From IMG/VR virus record IMGVR_UViG_3300017917_003446, positions 51,473-115,472 of that record: a stretch of DNA of 64,000 bases, one strand, 5' to 3'. The first letter of the stretch is position 1. The number at the start of each line of letters is the position of its first letter. The translations under genes were made by a program, and so were the position numbers. The DNA comes from a virus. Below are positions 9,921 through 20,429 of this stretch, in pieces. The notes beneath the pieces were generated by a model that worked only from the letters and a program-made list of their open reading frames with translations, made no database searches and was not told the DNA's origin.

Positions 9921-11441
9921 ATGGCGCTTTCGTTATTTGGCTACACAATATCTAAAGATGAACCGGCAAATCTGGAGGTAAGGAAGAATACCTTTATACC
10001 TCCAGATGACGACGAAGGCGCATCTGCGGTTGCTGGAGGTGGTTATTTTGGAACATATGTAGATTTAGATGCTACTGCAAAATCTGAATCTGAAGTAATT
10101 ACTAAATACAGAGAGACGTCTATGTATTCAGACGTCTCTAATGCTATTGATGAAATAGTTACAGAAGCAATAGCAGGTACTGATACAGATAGATTAGTTG
10201 ATATAAATTTAGATAATGTTTCTTTATCCGATAATATTAAATTAAGTATTAGAAATGAATTTTATTCCATACTTAGAATGTTGGAATTTAAATCTAAAGG
10301 TCAAGATATCTTTAGACGTTGGTATATAGATGGTAGAATTTACTATCAGAAAGTAATAGATAACACCAATCCAAGAAAAGGTGTTCTTGAGCTTAGATAT
10401 ATTGATCCAAGAAAAATTAAAAAAGTAAGAGATATTAAAAAGAAAAGATCTCCTTCTGGTATAGACATTATAGAAAAAATTGAAGAGTTTTACATTTATA
10501 ATGAAAAAGGATTACGTTATACTCAGCAATATGGCAATGTGCCAGGATTAAATCAGGGAATTAAAATATCACCTGATACTATTACATTTGTCCCATCGGG
10601 CGTAATGGATTTAGAAAAAAGTATTGTCTTAAGTTACTTGCATAAGGCGGTAAAGCCTGCCAATCAACTTAAGATGATGGAGGACTCCTTGGTAATTTAT
10701 AGAATATCAAGAGCCCCTGAACGAAGAATATTTTATATTGATGTTGGCAATTTACCCAAGATCAAAGCAGAACAATATTTGAAAGATGTAATGAATAAGT
10801 ATCGTAATAAAATTGTTTACGATTCTAATACAGGTGAGATTAAAGACGATAGAAAATTTATGTCAATGCTCGAAGATTTCTGGCTACCTCGCAGAGAAGG
10901 TGGTAGGGGCACAGAAATTACTACATTGCCAGGTGGCGAAAACTTGGGTCAGATAGATGATATAAATTACTTTAAGAATAAGTTGTATCAATCTTTAAAT
11001 GTACCCATGTCTAGATTAGAAGCATCTACAGGAATGAATTTCGGTAGGGCTGCTGAAATAACTAGAGATGAATTAAAATTTGGTAAGTTTGTAGATAAAC
11101 TTCGCAAAAAATTTAATGAATTATTTAGTGATGTAATGCGAACACAACTTATTCTAAAAGGAATTATGACTGATTCTGATTGGAATGAAATTAAAGAGGA
11201 TATTAATTTCATATATTCTCAGGACAGATATTATTCAGAATTAAAGGATGCTGAAAATTTAAGAAATAGAGTAGATGTTCTTAATCAAATGGCACCGTTT
11301 ATTGGGACGTACTTCAGTCAAGAATATGTTATGAAGAAAGTTTTAAGATATACCGATGATGAAATGATAGCGGTTAAAGAGCAAATCCAAAATGAGGGAC
11401 CACCTCCACAACCAATAAATAATGCTGAGCCACAACAATAG
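9921..11441 (+). CDS. gp20: portal protein gp20
   Basis: IYRISRAPERRIFYIDVGNLP, EDFWLPRREGGRGTEITTLPGG. Confidence 0.98.
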   Translation: MALSLFGYTISKDEPANLEVRKNTFIPPDDDEGASAVAGGGYFGTYVDLDATAKSESEVITKYRETSMYSDVSNAIDEIVTEAIAGTDTDRLVDINLDNVSLSDNIKLSIRNEFYSILRMLEFKSKGQDIFRRWYIDGRIYYQKVIDNTNPRKGVLELRYIDPRKIKKVRDIKKKRSPSGIDIIEKIEEFYIYNEKGLRYTQQYGNVPGLNQGIKISPDTITFVPSGVMDLEKSIVLSYLHKAVKPANQLKMMEDSLVIYRISRAPERRIFYIDVGNLPKIKAEQYLKDVMNKYRNKIVYDSNTGEIKDDRKFMSMLEDFWLPRREGGRGTEITTLPGGENLGQIDDINYFKNKLYQSLNVPMSRLEASTGMNFGRAAEITRDELKFGKFVDKLRKKFNELFSDVMRTQLILKGIMTDSDWNEIKEDINFIYSQDRYYSELKDAENLRNRVDVLNQMAPFIGTYFSQEYVMKKVLRYTDDEMIAVKEQIQNEGPPPQPINNAEPQQ

Positions 11442-11449
11442 GAGATATT

Positions 11450-11659
11450 ATGACTGATACTGTAGAAACAGAAATTGAAAATGAAGAAGAAACAACAACA
11501 AACGATGTTATTAGAAGTATGGTAGATACTATTCTACAAGGCGATGCGGTAAATGCACAAGCAACCTTTGCTTCTTTAATGTCTGGTAAAGTTGCTGATG
11601 CCATAGACAATAGACGTTTAGATATATCACAATCTTTATATTCGAGAGAAAAAGAATGA
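11450..11659 (+). CDS. small acidic prohead core protein (gp67/68-like position)
   Basis: Synteny after gp20, strong GGAGA RBS, AATAAATA late-promoter variant at 11414-11421. Confidence 0.6.
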   Translation: MTDTVETEIENEEETTTNDVIRSMVDTILQGDAVNAQATFASLMSGKVADAIDNRRLDISQSLYSREKE

Positions 11660-12354
11660 AAGACTTTAAGTCCTTTAAAGTAGATATGTTCGAGGCAATG
11701 AATCGTAGCCCATATGCTATTGGTATGGCACAAGCTATGAAGTCAACAGGTGATAAACCGCCCTTAGAAAAATCTACAATAAAGAAAGCTCATAAAATTG
11801 CTAAGTCAATTATGAAAAATGAGTCAGTGGACGATGAAGGAAATATGGCAAGAGGTGAATTAATGCGCATGTCAAAGCAAGCAGCTGATCTTGCTATGAT
11901 GATGACAGATGAAAAACAATTAGATGGGTGGGTGCAGGCAAAAATTACTAAAGCTGCAGATTATTTAGATTCTGCACACGATTATCTAATGTTTAGCAAA
12001 CAAGAAGTAGATGAGAATCAACATTACTGTGCCAAGCATGTATACTCAGACATATTTGGTGAAGGTATTGTACTTGAAGCTGAACACGCTGAACCTAATG
12101 CCGATGGTGAAATTGAATGGTATACAGTAAAATTTGATCATGGTGACGAAGTGGTATTCACAGAAGACCTTACAATTCTTATGGCAGAATATCATAACAA
12201 CCATAAGAAAAAGAAAGAGAAAAAAGAAAATGAGATGAATGAAAAACTTCATCCTAATCAGCAAAAGATAGATGTACATGAACCCGAAAAAGATGAAATC
12301 ACTGCTGCTGATTTTGCCAAGTTACGTGCTATAAGAAAAGGTAAAGGAAAGTAA
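11656..12354 (+). CDS. putative internal head/prohead core protein
   Basis: Between portal and protease; MKDFKSF N-terminus, Glu-rich modules, Lys-rich tail. Confidence 0.45.
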   Translation: MKDFKSFKVDMFEAMNRSPYAIGMAQAMKSTGDKPPLEKSTIKKAHKIAKSIMKNESVDDEGNMARGELMRMSKQAADLAMMMTDEKQLDGWVQAKITKAADYLDSAHDYLMFSKQEVDENQHYCAKHVYSDIFGEGIVLEAEHAEPNADGEIEWYTVKFDHGDEVVFTEDLTILMAEYHNNHKKKKEKKENEMNEKLHPNQQKIDVHEPEKDEITAADFAKLRAIRKGKGK

Positions 12355-12357
12355 TAA

Positions 12358-12768
12358 ATGGCTGCTACAGTTACCATTCTTAAAAAGGTTAGACAACAAG
12401 CTATAGTAAAGGTAATAGGTGATGGTGTTGCTAACGTAGATATAAAAACCTTGGCATTAGCAGATGAAACTTTTGCTGATTATACAGGTAATGCCAACGT
12501 AACAATAAATTCTGTGCTTTGGTCATCAACAGATGCCAATGCTCCTATTTTAGTTAAAAGACCATACAATGGTGCAAATGTAATGATATTGCATGGTAAT
12601 GATAATTGGTCATTATCTCAGATGATGGGATTCGTAGAATCTACAAATAGTACTGCTAATATATCTGTTACTATGCCAGGGTCCGGCGGAACATTGTATT
12701 TAGGATTAACTAAGAATAATGGATTTACTGAACCTAATCAGCAAGTCATTACTAAGGTAACAAGCTAA
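12358..12768 (+). CDS. hypothetical head-module protein
   Basis: 136-aa ORF translationally coupled to gp21. Confidence 0.5.
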   Translation: MAATVTILKKVRQQAIVKVIGDGVANVDIKTLALADETFADYTGNANVTINSVLWSSTDANAPILVKRPYNGANVMILHGNDNWSLSQMMGFVESTNSTANISVTMPGSGGTLYLGLTKNNGFTEPNQQVITKVTS

Positions 12769-13412
12769 TGAAACTTATAAAAGAAATTCATCAAGACTTA
12801 GAATATATTACTGAAGAAAAATCTGGAGGCAAACACAATACCTATATCAAAGGTATTTTTATGCAGTCAGAACAACAAAATAGAAATGGTAGAGTATATC
12901 CTAAATCTGTTTTAGAAAAAGAATTACAAAGATATCAGAATATGATATCTGAAAAAAGATCATTGGGCGAATTAGGTCATCCTCCTAATCCCCAGATTAA
13001 TCTTAATAATGTATCACACCTTATTACCAATCTACAATGGGAAGGTAACGATATAATTGGCACAGCAAAAATCTTAGATACTCCAATGGGTAAGATTGCT
13101 AAGAACTTCATTGAAGAAGGAGTTCGCCTAGGTGTTTCCTCAAGAGGTTTAGGATCACTTAAAGAAAGAAACGGTATAAACGAAGTTCAAGATGATTTTC
13201 ATCTTGCAACTGTAGATATTGTAGCTGATCCATCAGCACCAGATGCTTTTGTTGAAGGCATTATGGAAAATGCAGAATGGATTTGCGAAAATGGTGTTTG
13301 GAAAACTATAGAAGTAGAACAAGCACAGAAAGTAATTAGAAAAGCATCAAATAAACAATTAGCCGAAACTAAGCTTAAAGTATTTGAAGCATTTTTAAAT
13401 TCTATCAAATAA
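12768..13412 (+). CDS. gp21: prohead protease gp21
   Basis: NRNGRVYP, LGELGHP, GVSSRGLGS, DIVADPSAPDAFV. Confidence 0.97.
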   Translation: MKLIKEIHQDLEYITEEKSGGKHNTYIKGIFMQSEQQNRNGRVYPKSVLEKELQRYQNMISEKRSLGELGHPPNPQINLNNVSHLITNLQWEGNDIIGTAKILDTPMGKIAKNFIEEGVRLGVSSRGLGSLKERNGINEVQDDFHLATVDIVADPSAPDAFVEGIMENAEWICENGVWKTIEVEQAQKVIRKASNKQLAETKLKVFEAFLNSIK

Positions 13413-13420
13413 TCAAATCT

Positions 13421-13428
13421 TATAAATA
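13421..13428 (+). promoter_or_regulatory. T4-type late promoter TATAAATA
   Basis: Exact consensus upstream of gp22-gp23. Confidence 0.8.
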
Positions 13429-13462
13429 TTAAAGTTAGATTAATAACTCATAGGAGAGAAGG

Positions 13463-14572
13463 ATGTCAGTAGACTCTAAAATAAAGGAATTGCTAGAGCG
13501 CGTTAAAGCTCAGGCAACTGACGCCGAGACTCTGTCGGAAGAAGGTGCACAGCCAATGGGATCTACTTCCGTAGCCAAGGATTCAAGTATCAAAGCAGCT
13601 AATGCTGGAGATGCTACATATCCTATGCAGGGCTCGTCTCAGAAGGCAAGTGTAGAAACACGGGATGAAGAAGAACCTAATCAAGGTATGAAAGCTTCAG
13701 CACCAGTTTCCAAGAACAATCTTACAGCACAAGGTGTAGGTGCTGCACCTAATTTTACTACAGTTGGAGATCCAACAATGGCAGTTAATCAGCCTAATAG
13801 TAAAGGTAATGTTACTAAAGAGAATGTTGAAGATCAAGACGCACCTTCTCTTAAAGAACAAATTGTTTCTATCTTCGGAGAAGATGTATCAGAAGAATTT
13901 GCTGATAAAGCAACATCTATTTTCGAAGCTGCAGTAGTTGCTCGTGTTAATTCCGAAATGGAAAAAATTGTTGAGCAATTAGAAGAACAAAAAGCTACAG
14001 AACTTACTGAAGCTAAAGAGCAGATGGTAGAAAAAATTGACTCGTTTTTAAATTATGTCGTTGATCAGTGGATGACAGAAAATGAGCTAGCAATCGAAAA
14101 TGGTCTTCGTACAGAAATCGCCGAAGATTTTATTGTAGGATTGAAGTCTCTATTTAAAGAACATTACATCGAAGTACCTGAAGAAAAGTACGATGTAATT
14201 GGAGAACTACAAGGTAAAGCCCAAGATCTTGAAGACAAACTTAATGAAGCCCTTAATGGCAACATTGAAATGAAGAAAGAACTTGAGGATATGAAACGTG
14301 CTGCTGTATTGGAAAGCGCATCAAAAGATTTAGCTGACACCGAAGCTGAAAAGCTAGCTAAACTTTTAGAAGGCGTAGATTTTGAAAACGAAGAACTTTT
14401 TGCAGAAAAAGTTTCAGTGATCAAGGAAAATTATTTTCCAAAGAATAGCAAACCAGTAAGCACAAATTCTATTACTGAAGATAGTTCAGAGCCACCTGCT
14501 GATATGCTTGTTGAAGATAGCACAGTATCAAAATATGCTAGAGCGCTATCAAGAACAATTAAAAAGAATTAA
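13463..14572 (+). CDS. gp22: prohead scaffold protein gp22
   Basis: SEEFADKATSIFEAAV, YVVDQWMTENELAIENGLRTEIAEDF, IKENYF. Confidence 0.93.
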   Translation: MSVDSKIKELLERVKAQATDAETLSEEGAQPMGSTSVAKDSSIKAANAGDATYPMQGSSQKASVETRDEEEPNQGMKASAPVSKNNLTAQGVGAAPNFTTVGDPTMAVNQPNSKGNVTKENVEDQDAPSLKEQIVSIFGEDVSEEFADKATSIFEAAVVARVNSEMEKIVEQLEEQKATELTEAKEQMVEKIDSFLNYVVDQWMTENELAIENGLRTEIAEDFIVGLKSLFKEHYIEVPEEKYDVIGELQGKAQDLEDKLNEALNGNIEMKKELEDMKRAAVLESASKDLADTEAEKLAKLLEGVDFENEELFAEKVSVIKENYFPKNSKPVSTNSITEDSSEPPADMLVEDSTVSKYARALSRTIKKN

Positions 14573-14591
14573 TCCCATAGGAGTAATGTAA

Positions 14592-15890
14592 ATGTTTTTA
14601 TCCGAACAACTACAAAAGAAGTGGCAAGCCATTCTTGACCACGCTGACCTTCCTGAAATTAAGGACAGCTATAAAAGAGCAGTTACATCTGTTCTTTTAG
14701 AAAATCAAGAACGTGCATTGCGTGAAGAGCGTTTTTCTCTCTTTGAAGGTCCAGCAGCAAACAACATTCAGTCAACAGGCGGTCTTGACACATACGATCC
14801 TATCCTTATCGGATTAGTTCGTCGTTCTATGCCTAATCTAATGGCTTATGATATTTGCGGTGTGCAGCCAATGACAGGTCCAACAGGACTTATTTTTGCA
14901 ATGCGTGCTCATGTAGGTTCAGGTCGTTCTAATACTGATCCAACACTAGAAGCATTGTTCAATGAAGCCAACACAATGGTTTCTGGTGCTAATAGCCCAA
15001 CACATGCAGGTACCAACCCAGCTGATTCTCCATATACAACTGCAGGTGGTATGTCAACAGCATTTGCTGAGCAGTTAGGAACTTCAGGTAATGCTGCATT
15101 CAACGAAATGTCTTTCAGTATTGATAAGACAACAGTTACTGCTGAGACACGTGCTCTAAAAGCTGAGTACACAGTTGAATTAGCACAAGACTTGAAAGCA
15201 ATTCATGGTCTTGATGCTGAAGCAGAACTTTCAAACATTCTTTCACAAGAGTTTATGTTTGAAATCAATCGTGAGATTGTACGTTTAATCTATACAGTTG
15301 CGAAGACAGGTTCTCCTGCAACAGCAACAGCAGGTACATTTGACCTAGATGTAGATTCAAATGGACGTTGGTCTGTTGAGCGTTTCAAAGGTCTTCTATT
15401 CAATATTGAGCGTGATGCTAATCATATTGCGCAAGATACTCGTAGAGGAAAAGGTAACATCATCGTTTGCTCTGCAGACGTAGCTTCTGCTCTAGCAATG
15501 GCTGGTGTTCTTGATTACGCTCCTGCTTTATCAACAAGCCTAAATGTTGATGACACAGGTAATACATTCGCAGGTGTTCTAAATGGACGCTTCCGTGTTT
15601 ATGTTGATCCATATTCAGCTAACCTAGGCGCAAGCAGCCAGTTCTATGTTGTAGGTTATAAGGGTTCTAGCCCATATGACGCTGGTTTGTTCTATTGCCC
15701 ATATGTTCCTCTACAGATGGTTCGTGCTGTTGATCCTAACAGCTTCCAACCAAAGATTGGCTTCAAGACACGTTATGGCTTGATTGCTAATCCATATGTT
15801 GTACAGGCAAATGGTACAGTAGATGCTGATACATTTACAGCAAATCGTAATCAGTACTATCGTCGTACCAAGGTTACAAATCTAATGTAA
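14592..15890 (+). CDS. gp23: major capsid protein gp23
   Basis: GVQPMTGPTGLIFAMR, ELAQDLKAIHGLDAEAEL, FQPKIGFKTRYG. Confidence 0.98.
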   Translation: MFLSEQLQKKWQAILDHADLPEIKDSYKRAVTSVLLENQERALREERFSLFEGPAANNIQSTGGLDTYDPILIGLVRRSMPNLMAYDICGVQPMTGPTGLIFAMRAHVGSGRSNTDPTLEALFNEANTMVSGANSPTHAGTNPADSPYTTAGGMSTAFAEQLGTSGNAAFNEMSFSIDKTTVTAETRALKAEYTVELAQDLKAIHGLDAEAELSNILSQEFMFEINREIVRLIYTVAKTGSPATATAGTFDLDVDSNGRWSVERFKGLLFNIERDANHIAQDTRRGKGNIIVCSADVASALAMAGVLDYAPALSTSLNVDDTGNTFAGVLNGRFRVYVDPYSANLGASSQFYVVGYKGSSPYDAGLFYCPYVPLQMVRAVDPNSFQPKIGFKTRYGLIANPYVVQANGTVDADTFTANRNQYYRRTKVTNLM

Positions 15891-15918
15891 TCATTGAGCC
15901 GACACAGATCGGACTTAA

Positions 15919-15940
15919 GGGGGAGCAATCCCCCTTTTTT
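15919..15940 (+). terminator. rho-independent terminator after gp23
   Basis: GGGGGA-GCAA-TCCCCC stem with GNRA loop followed by T6. Confidence 0.9.
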
Positions 15941-15945
15941 GTCTT

Positions 15946-15953
15946 TATAAATA
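15946..15953 (+). promoter_or_regulatory. T4-type late promoter TATAAATA
   Basis: Exact consensus just after the terminator, upstream of gp3. Confidence 0.8.
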
Positions 15954-15971
15954 ATAGTGAAAGGAAGTTAA

Positions 15972-16562
15972 ATGGCATATACTGCAAATATTTCACTATT
16001 ACAAGATTCATATACAAACAATAGGCCTACGACTTATAATTATCTAAGACCTAATGGTTTTAGATTTACTATAAAAGAAATGCCTTATGTTGCATATACT
16101 TGTCAATCAGCAAATATACCCGCATTGCAACTTGGTAATGCCATTTTGCCTACACCTTTTGTTGATATTCCTATAGCGGGCGATAAAATTAATTTTGGAG
16201 ATCTTACTTTAAGATTTTTGATTCAAGAGGATATGTCAAATTATATAGAAATTTTGGGTTGGTTAATTGCTTTGGGGTTCCCAATTGAACACAAACAATT
16301 TACATCATTTGTTCAAAAGAGAGAAAATAGGTTCCCATATTCACAAGGCGGCAAAAGAACAGATGCTTTGGCATACTCGGATGCAACTTTGACTATTTTA
16401 GACTCGACAAACACACCTAAAACCGATATAATGTTCTATGATTTGTTCCCAATCTCAATAGAAGCTTTGGATTATGACGTGACCACAACCGATGTACCAT
16501 TTATGGTAGGAATTGCGTCTTTTAAATATAAGTATTTTGATATTAAAACATTAACAGTATAG
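15972..16562 (+). CDS. gp3: tail tube terminator/completion protein gp3
   Basis: NYLRPNGFRF, CQSANIP, GDKINFGDL..RFLIQEDMSNY, F.DLFP; synteny gp23-gp3-uvsY. Confidence 0.88.
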   Translation: MAYTANISLLQDSYTNNRPTTYNYLRPNGFRFTIKEMPYVAYTCQSANIPALQLGNAILPTPFVDIPIAGDKINFGDLTLRFLIQEDMSNYIEILGWLIALGFPIEHKQFTSFVQKRENRFPYSQGGKRTDALAYSDATLTILDSTNTPKTDIMFYDLFPISIEALDYDVTTTDVPFMVGIASFKYKYFDIKTLTV

Positions 16563-16570
16563 AGGTAATT

Positions 16571-17446
16571 ATGTCTGAAAATATTGATCCTACCGTTGAA
16601 AATACAGTGCCTTTGGTTGAAGCAGATGTTCCGCAACAAGATGATGGTAAAATTACTATCAGTATTGATGAATTGAGAAGTAGCAAATTCTTTATTGCTA
16701 CTCCTTGTTATGGTGGTGCTCTCACCGAACCATATTTTAGGTCTGTTATTAAATTGATGACCTTCTTCAATCAGCACAGAGTACCATTAGCGTTTGGCAC
16801 AATTGCTAACGAATCTTTGGTTACTCGAGCAAGAAACGTTTTACTTGCATATTTCTTAGCATCAGATTATACTCATTTGATGTTTATTGATGCAGACATT
16901 GAGTTTCAAGTAGATGATATTATGAAACTGTATGCCCATCAAAGAGATGTGTGTGTTGGTGCTTATCCCAAGAAAGGTGTAAATTGGGATAGAATTAAAG
17001 AAACAATTTTAACGGAACCTGAGAAGGCAAAGTCTCCTGGAGAAATTGCAGCACTCGGTGCAGATTATGCAGTTAACTTTAAGTTCTTAAATAAAGAAAC
17101 AAGAACAATTGCTGTAGATCGAGGGGTTGTAAAACTACATGATGCCGGTACAGGTTTCATGATGATCAAGCGCAATGCTATTCTTAAACTAATTAAAGCA
17201 TATCCTGAATTAAAATACAATAATGACGTCCAATTGAATCAAGATTTGTCTGATCATTTTTATGCTCTGTTTGATACAATGATCGATCCTGTTGATCGTA
17301 GATATTTGTCTGAAGATTATACCTTCTGTCGTAGGTGGCAAGACATTGGTGGAGATATTTGGCTTGACCCAAGTATTAGTTTAAATCATTATGGATCATT
17401 CTGTTTTTCGGGTAACCCAGCTCAAATTATTCAATTTCAAAAATAA
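16571..17446 (+). CDS. GT-A fold glycosyltransferase-like protein
   Basis: IATPCYGG, ESLVTRARN, LMFIDADI (DxD), GTGFMMIKR, YLSEDYTFC. Confidence 0.8.
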   Translation: MSENIDPTVENTVPLVEADVPQQDDGKITISIDELRSSKFFIATPCYGGALTEPYFRSVIKLMTFFNQHRVPLAFGTIANESLVTRARNVLLAYFLASDYTHLMFIDADIEFQVDDIMKLYAHQRDVCVGAYPKKGVNWDRIKETILTEPEKAKSPGEIAALGADYAVNFKFLNKETRTIAVDRGVVKLHDAGTGFMMIKRNAILKLIKAYPELKYNNDVQLNQDLSDHFYALFDTMIDPVDRRYLSEDYTFCRRWQDIGGDIWLDPSISLNHYGSFCFSGNPAQIIQFQK

Positions 17447-17449
17447 ATT

Positions 17450-17890
17450 ATGAAACTGTCCGAACTCCAGGAAATGTGGGCGGAGGACTGTAAAATTGAT
17501 GAAACAAATCTTGGCAAGGAGTCAGCTAGAGTTCCTACTCTCCATGCCAAGTATATCAACTTTCTTTCCTCAACTAGACTCAATCTGCGTAAAGCAGAAT
17601 CTGATTATTTTAACTGTAGAAGAAAAAAATATAGATACTACAGAGGTGAAATGTCTCGTGCGGAATTAGAGTCCGAAGGTTGGATACAATGGCAAGGAGC
17701 TAAACCCCTAAAGAATGAAATTGATGAGTTTCTTCAGGGAGATGCTGATTTAATTTTATTACAAGATAAAGTAGAATATTTTAAAACAGTATTATATCAA
17801 TTAGAACAAATAATTCGGTCAATAAATTCAAGAACATGGGATATAAAGTCCTCAATTGAATGGACAAAATTTACTAATGGATTAATGTGA
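17450..17890 (+). CDS. uvsY: recombination mediator UvsY
   Basis: W.ED.KID..L..ES..VP.LHAKY; I.SRTWDIK..IEW.KF; upstream of uvsW. Confidence 0.9.
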   Translation: MKLSELQEMWAEDCKIDETNLGKESARVPTLHAKYINFLSSTRLNLRKAESDYFNCRRKKYRYYRGEMSRAELESEGWIQWQGAKPLKNEIDEFLQGDADLILLQDKVEYFKTVLYQLEQIIRSINSRTWDIKSSIEWTKFTNGLM

Positions 17891-19374
17891 TGGCAGACAT
17901 TAGTATTAGAAAGAAAAATGAAGTACATCTTATTGTAGATTCAGATCCTTCAATTGCTCAAGAATTAAACGATCATTTTTCGTTTGATGTGCCCGGAGCA
18001 AAATTTCATCCATTGTATAAGTCTCGTATGTGGGACGGAAAAGTTCATTTGTTTTCTATGTTTACAAAAGAATTATACGTTGGCTTGAAGGAGTATCTTG
18101 AAAATTTTGCAGTTGAACGTGATTATCAAATAGATGAAAGTAATTATAAACCTGCTAAAGATGAATGCACTATAGAAGAAGTAAAAGATTTTTGTGAATC
18201 GTTAAAATTATCATCAAAAGATCAACCAATTCAAATTAGGGAATATCAAATAGATGCAATCTATCAGGCAATTATCAACGGAAGACGCCTTTTATTATCG
18301 CCAACTGGTTCGGGAAAATCTCTTATTATTTACTGCCTCATACGATGGCATCAAAAGTATGGAAGACGACAACTTATTCTTGTCCCTACAACAAGCCTTG
18401 TGGAACAGATGTACTCAGATTTCCAAGACTATTCAGGATTAAATGGTTGGAAAGCTACAGAAAATTGTAGAAGAATTTACGGTGGGCATGAAAAAGTAAA
18501 TGATTATAATGTAGTAATAAGTACATGGCAATCACTTTATAAAATGCCTAAACAATTTTTTGCTGAGTTTCAAACCATATACGGAGATGAAGCACATCTA
18601 TTTAAGGCAAAAAGTTTGACCGGTATTCTTAACAAGTGTGCTATCAGCCCATATAGAATAGGTACTACCGGAACATTGGATGGAACTAAAACTCATAAGT
18701 TGGTGCTTGAAGGATTATTTGGTCCTGTTTATAAAGTAACAACTACCAAAAAATTAATAACAGATAAAACACTAGCTGATCTTCAGATATACAATCTAAT
18801 TCTTGAATATCCTGAAGAAATTAGAAAATTATTGCGAGGCAGAACATATCAGGAAGAAATGGATTTTCTTGTCCAATACCCTGCAAGAAATAAATTTATT
18901 CGAAATCTAGCATTGAAACAAAAAGGAAACACATTGGTGTTGTTTCAATTTGTAGAAAAACACGGAAAATTGCTATATGATATGATTCAGGCAAAGTGCG
19001 AGGATAGGCAAGTCTTTTTTGTTTATGGTGGAACAGATACAGAACAACGTGAACTCGTAAGACAATTGACAGAGAAAGAAAATGATGCTATAATAGTGGC
19101 ATCGTATGGCACATTCTCAACTGGGATAAATATTAAAAATCTTCACAATATTATTTTTGCTTCTCCATCCAAATCTAGGATTAGAAATTTACAATCAATT
19201 GGAAGAGGATTGAGAACAAGTGAAACCAAACAGGCATGTAACTTATACGATATAGGCGACGATTTATCTTGGAAATCCAAAAAAAATTATACGTTATTAC
19301 ATATGATTGAGCGAATAAAAATCTACAATGATGAGCACTTTGATTACAAACTACTAAAGGTGCCGATTCAATGA
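17887..19374 (+). CDS. uvsW: SF2 helicase UvsW
   Basis: SPTGSGKS, DEAH, GTTGTL, LQSIGRGLR. Confidence 0.96.
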   Translation: MMADISIRKKNEVHLIVDSDPSIAQELNDHFSFDVPGAKFHPLYKSRMWDGKVHLFSMFTKELYVGLKEYLENFAVERDYQIDESNYKPAKDECTIEEVKDFCESLKLSSKDQPIQIREYQIDAIYQAIINGRRLLLSPTGSGKSLIIYCLIRWHQKYGRRQLILVPTTSLVEQMYSDFQDYSGLNGWKATENCRRIYGGHEKVNDYNVVISTWQSLYKMPKQFFAEFQTIYGDEAHLFKAKSLTGILNKCAISPYRIGTTGTLDGTKTHKLVLEGLFGPVYKVTTTKKLITDKTLADLQIYNLILEYPEEIRKLLRGRTYQEEMDFLVQYPARNKFIRNLALKQKGNTLVLFQFVEKHGKLLYDMIQAKCEDRQVFFVYGGTDTEQRELVRQLTEKENDAIIVASYGTFSTGINIKNLHNIIFASPSKSRIRNLQSIGRGLRTSETKQACNLYDIGDDLSWKSKKNYTLLHMIERIKIYNDEHFDYKLLKVPIQ

Positions 19375-19838
19375 AAACCAAATTAAATTACAAATTTATT
19401 AAATTAACAAATGGTGATGATATAATTTGTACTTTGGATTCAGATACAACCAAATTAAAACAGAACGAAAAATTATTTGTTGTTGATCCTGTCTTGGTTG
19501 TTAGAATGAGATATCCTAGAGGTATGTCTATGGTAGAAGGATACGTATTTCAACCATGGGTAAGTTATGCTGCTCAATCTGTTTTTGAAATACCTGCATG
19601 GAGTATAGTAACATCTGCAGATTTAGAAGATAAAATTAAAGAGACTTATATCAAATATATTACTGAAGAAGTGTCTACCAATGTAGTACAAAAAACAACT
19701 GAAGATGATCCGCAAATATCTAAGGAAGAAGCAATAAGAATTGCAGACATGCTTAGTTCAATTACAATGTCACAAAAGGATGAAGAAGATGCCGAGGAAG
19801 AAACAAGTAGTCCCCGCGGGCGACGCACTCTCCATTGA
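19371..19838 (+). CDS. conserved hypothetical protein (between uvsW and gp55)
   Basis: KLTNGDDII...PW motif; position conserved in T4-like phages. Confidence 0.6.
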   Translation: MKTKLNYKFIKLTNGDDIICTLDSDTTKLKQNEKLFVVDPVLVVRMRYPRGMSMVEGYVFQPWVSYAAQSVFEIPAWSIVTSADLEDKIKETYIKYITEEVSTNVVQKTTEDDPQISKEEAIRIADMLSSITMSQKDEEDAEEETSSPRGRRTLH

Positions 19839-20391
19839 AGAACCTATTCCTGTTTCTTCTCATTATGTAGATAATAAGAAATTTCTACAAGCATTAATTG
19901 AGTATAGAGCAAGTATAGAAAGTGCAAAAGCTGCAGGTAAAGAACAACCACAGGTGCCTAATTATATAGGTGAATGTTTTATAAAAATAGCCACTCATTT
20001 ATCATATAAATCTAACTTTATTAATTACACTTTTAAAGATGATATGATTAGCGATGGTATTGAGAATTGTCTCACAGCTGTTGCTAAATTTGATCCAGCA
20101 AAATCATCTAATCCTTTCGCATATTATACTCAGATAATTTATTTTGCCTTTTTGCGTAGAATTCAAAAAGAAAAGAAAATGCAGGCAACTAAATATAAGA
20201 TGATTGAATCTATGGATTTGGATGCTATTATTACTCAAGAACATGATAGTGGAGAATTTAATAATCAATTCTTAGATTATCTAAAGAAACAATTGGATCA
20301 AGTAGATATTGATAAACGAGTAGTTAATCTACCTAAAAAGAACAAATTAGCTGAGGAAGAAACCAAAAGTACACTTGATCTAGATGATTAG
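19789..20391 (+). CDS. gp55: late transcription sigma factor gp55
   Basis: HYVDNKKF, YIGECFIKIA, NFINYTFKDDMISDGIENC, NPFAYYTQIIYFAFLRRIQKEK; start uncertain (19780 or 19789). Confidence 0.95.
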   Translation: MPRKKQVVPAGDALSIEEPIPVSSHYVDNKKFLQALIEYRASIESAKAAGKEQPQVPNYIGECFIKIATHLSYKSNFINYTFKDDMISDGIENCLTAVAKFDPAKSSNPFAYYTQIIYFAFLRRIQKEKKMQATKYKMIESMDLDAIITQEHDSGEFNNQFLDYLKKQLDQVDIDKRVVNLPKKNKLAEEETKSTLDLDD

Positions 20392-20404
20392 TTTACTATA
20401 TAAT
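20375..20404 (+). promoter_or_regulatory. putative sigma70-type promoter for the queE cluster
   Basis: TTGATC-N18-TATAAT about 25 nt upstream of queE. Confidence 0.45.
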
Positions 20405-20429
20405 ATAAGATTATTTACTGGAATATGTT

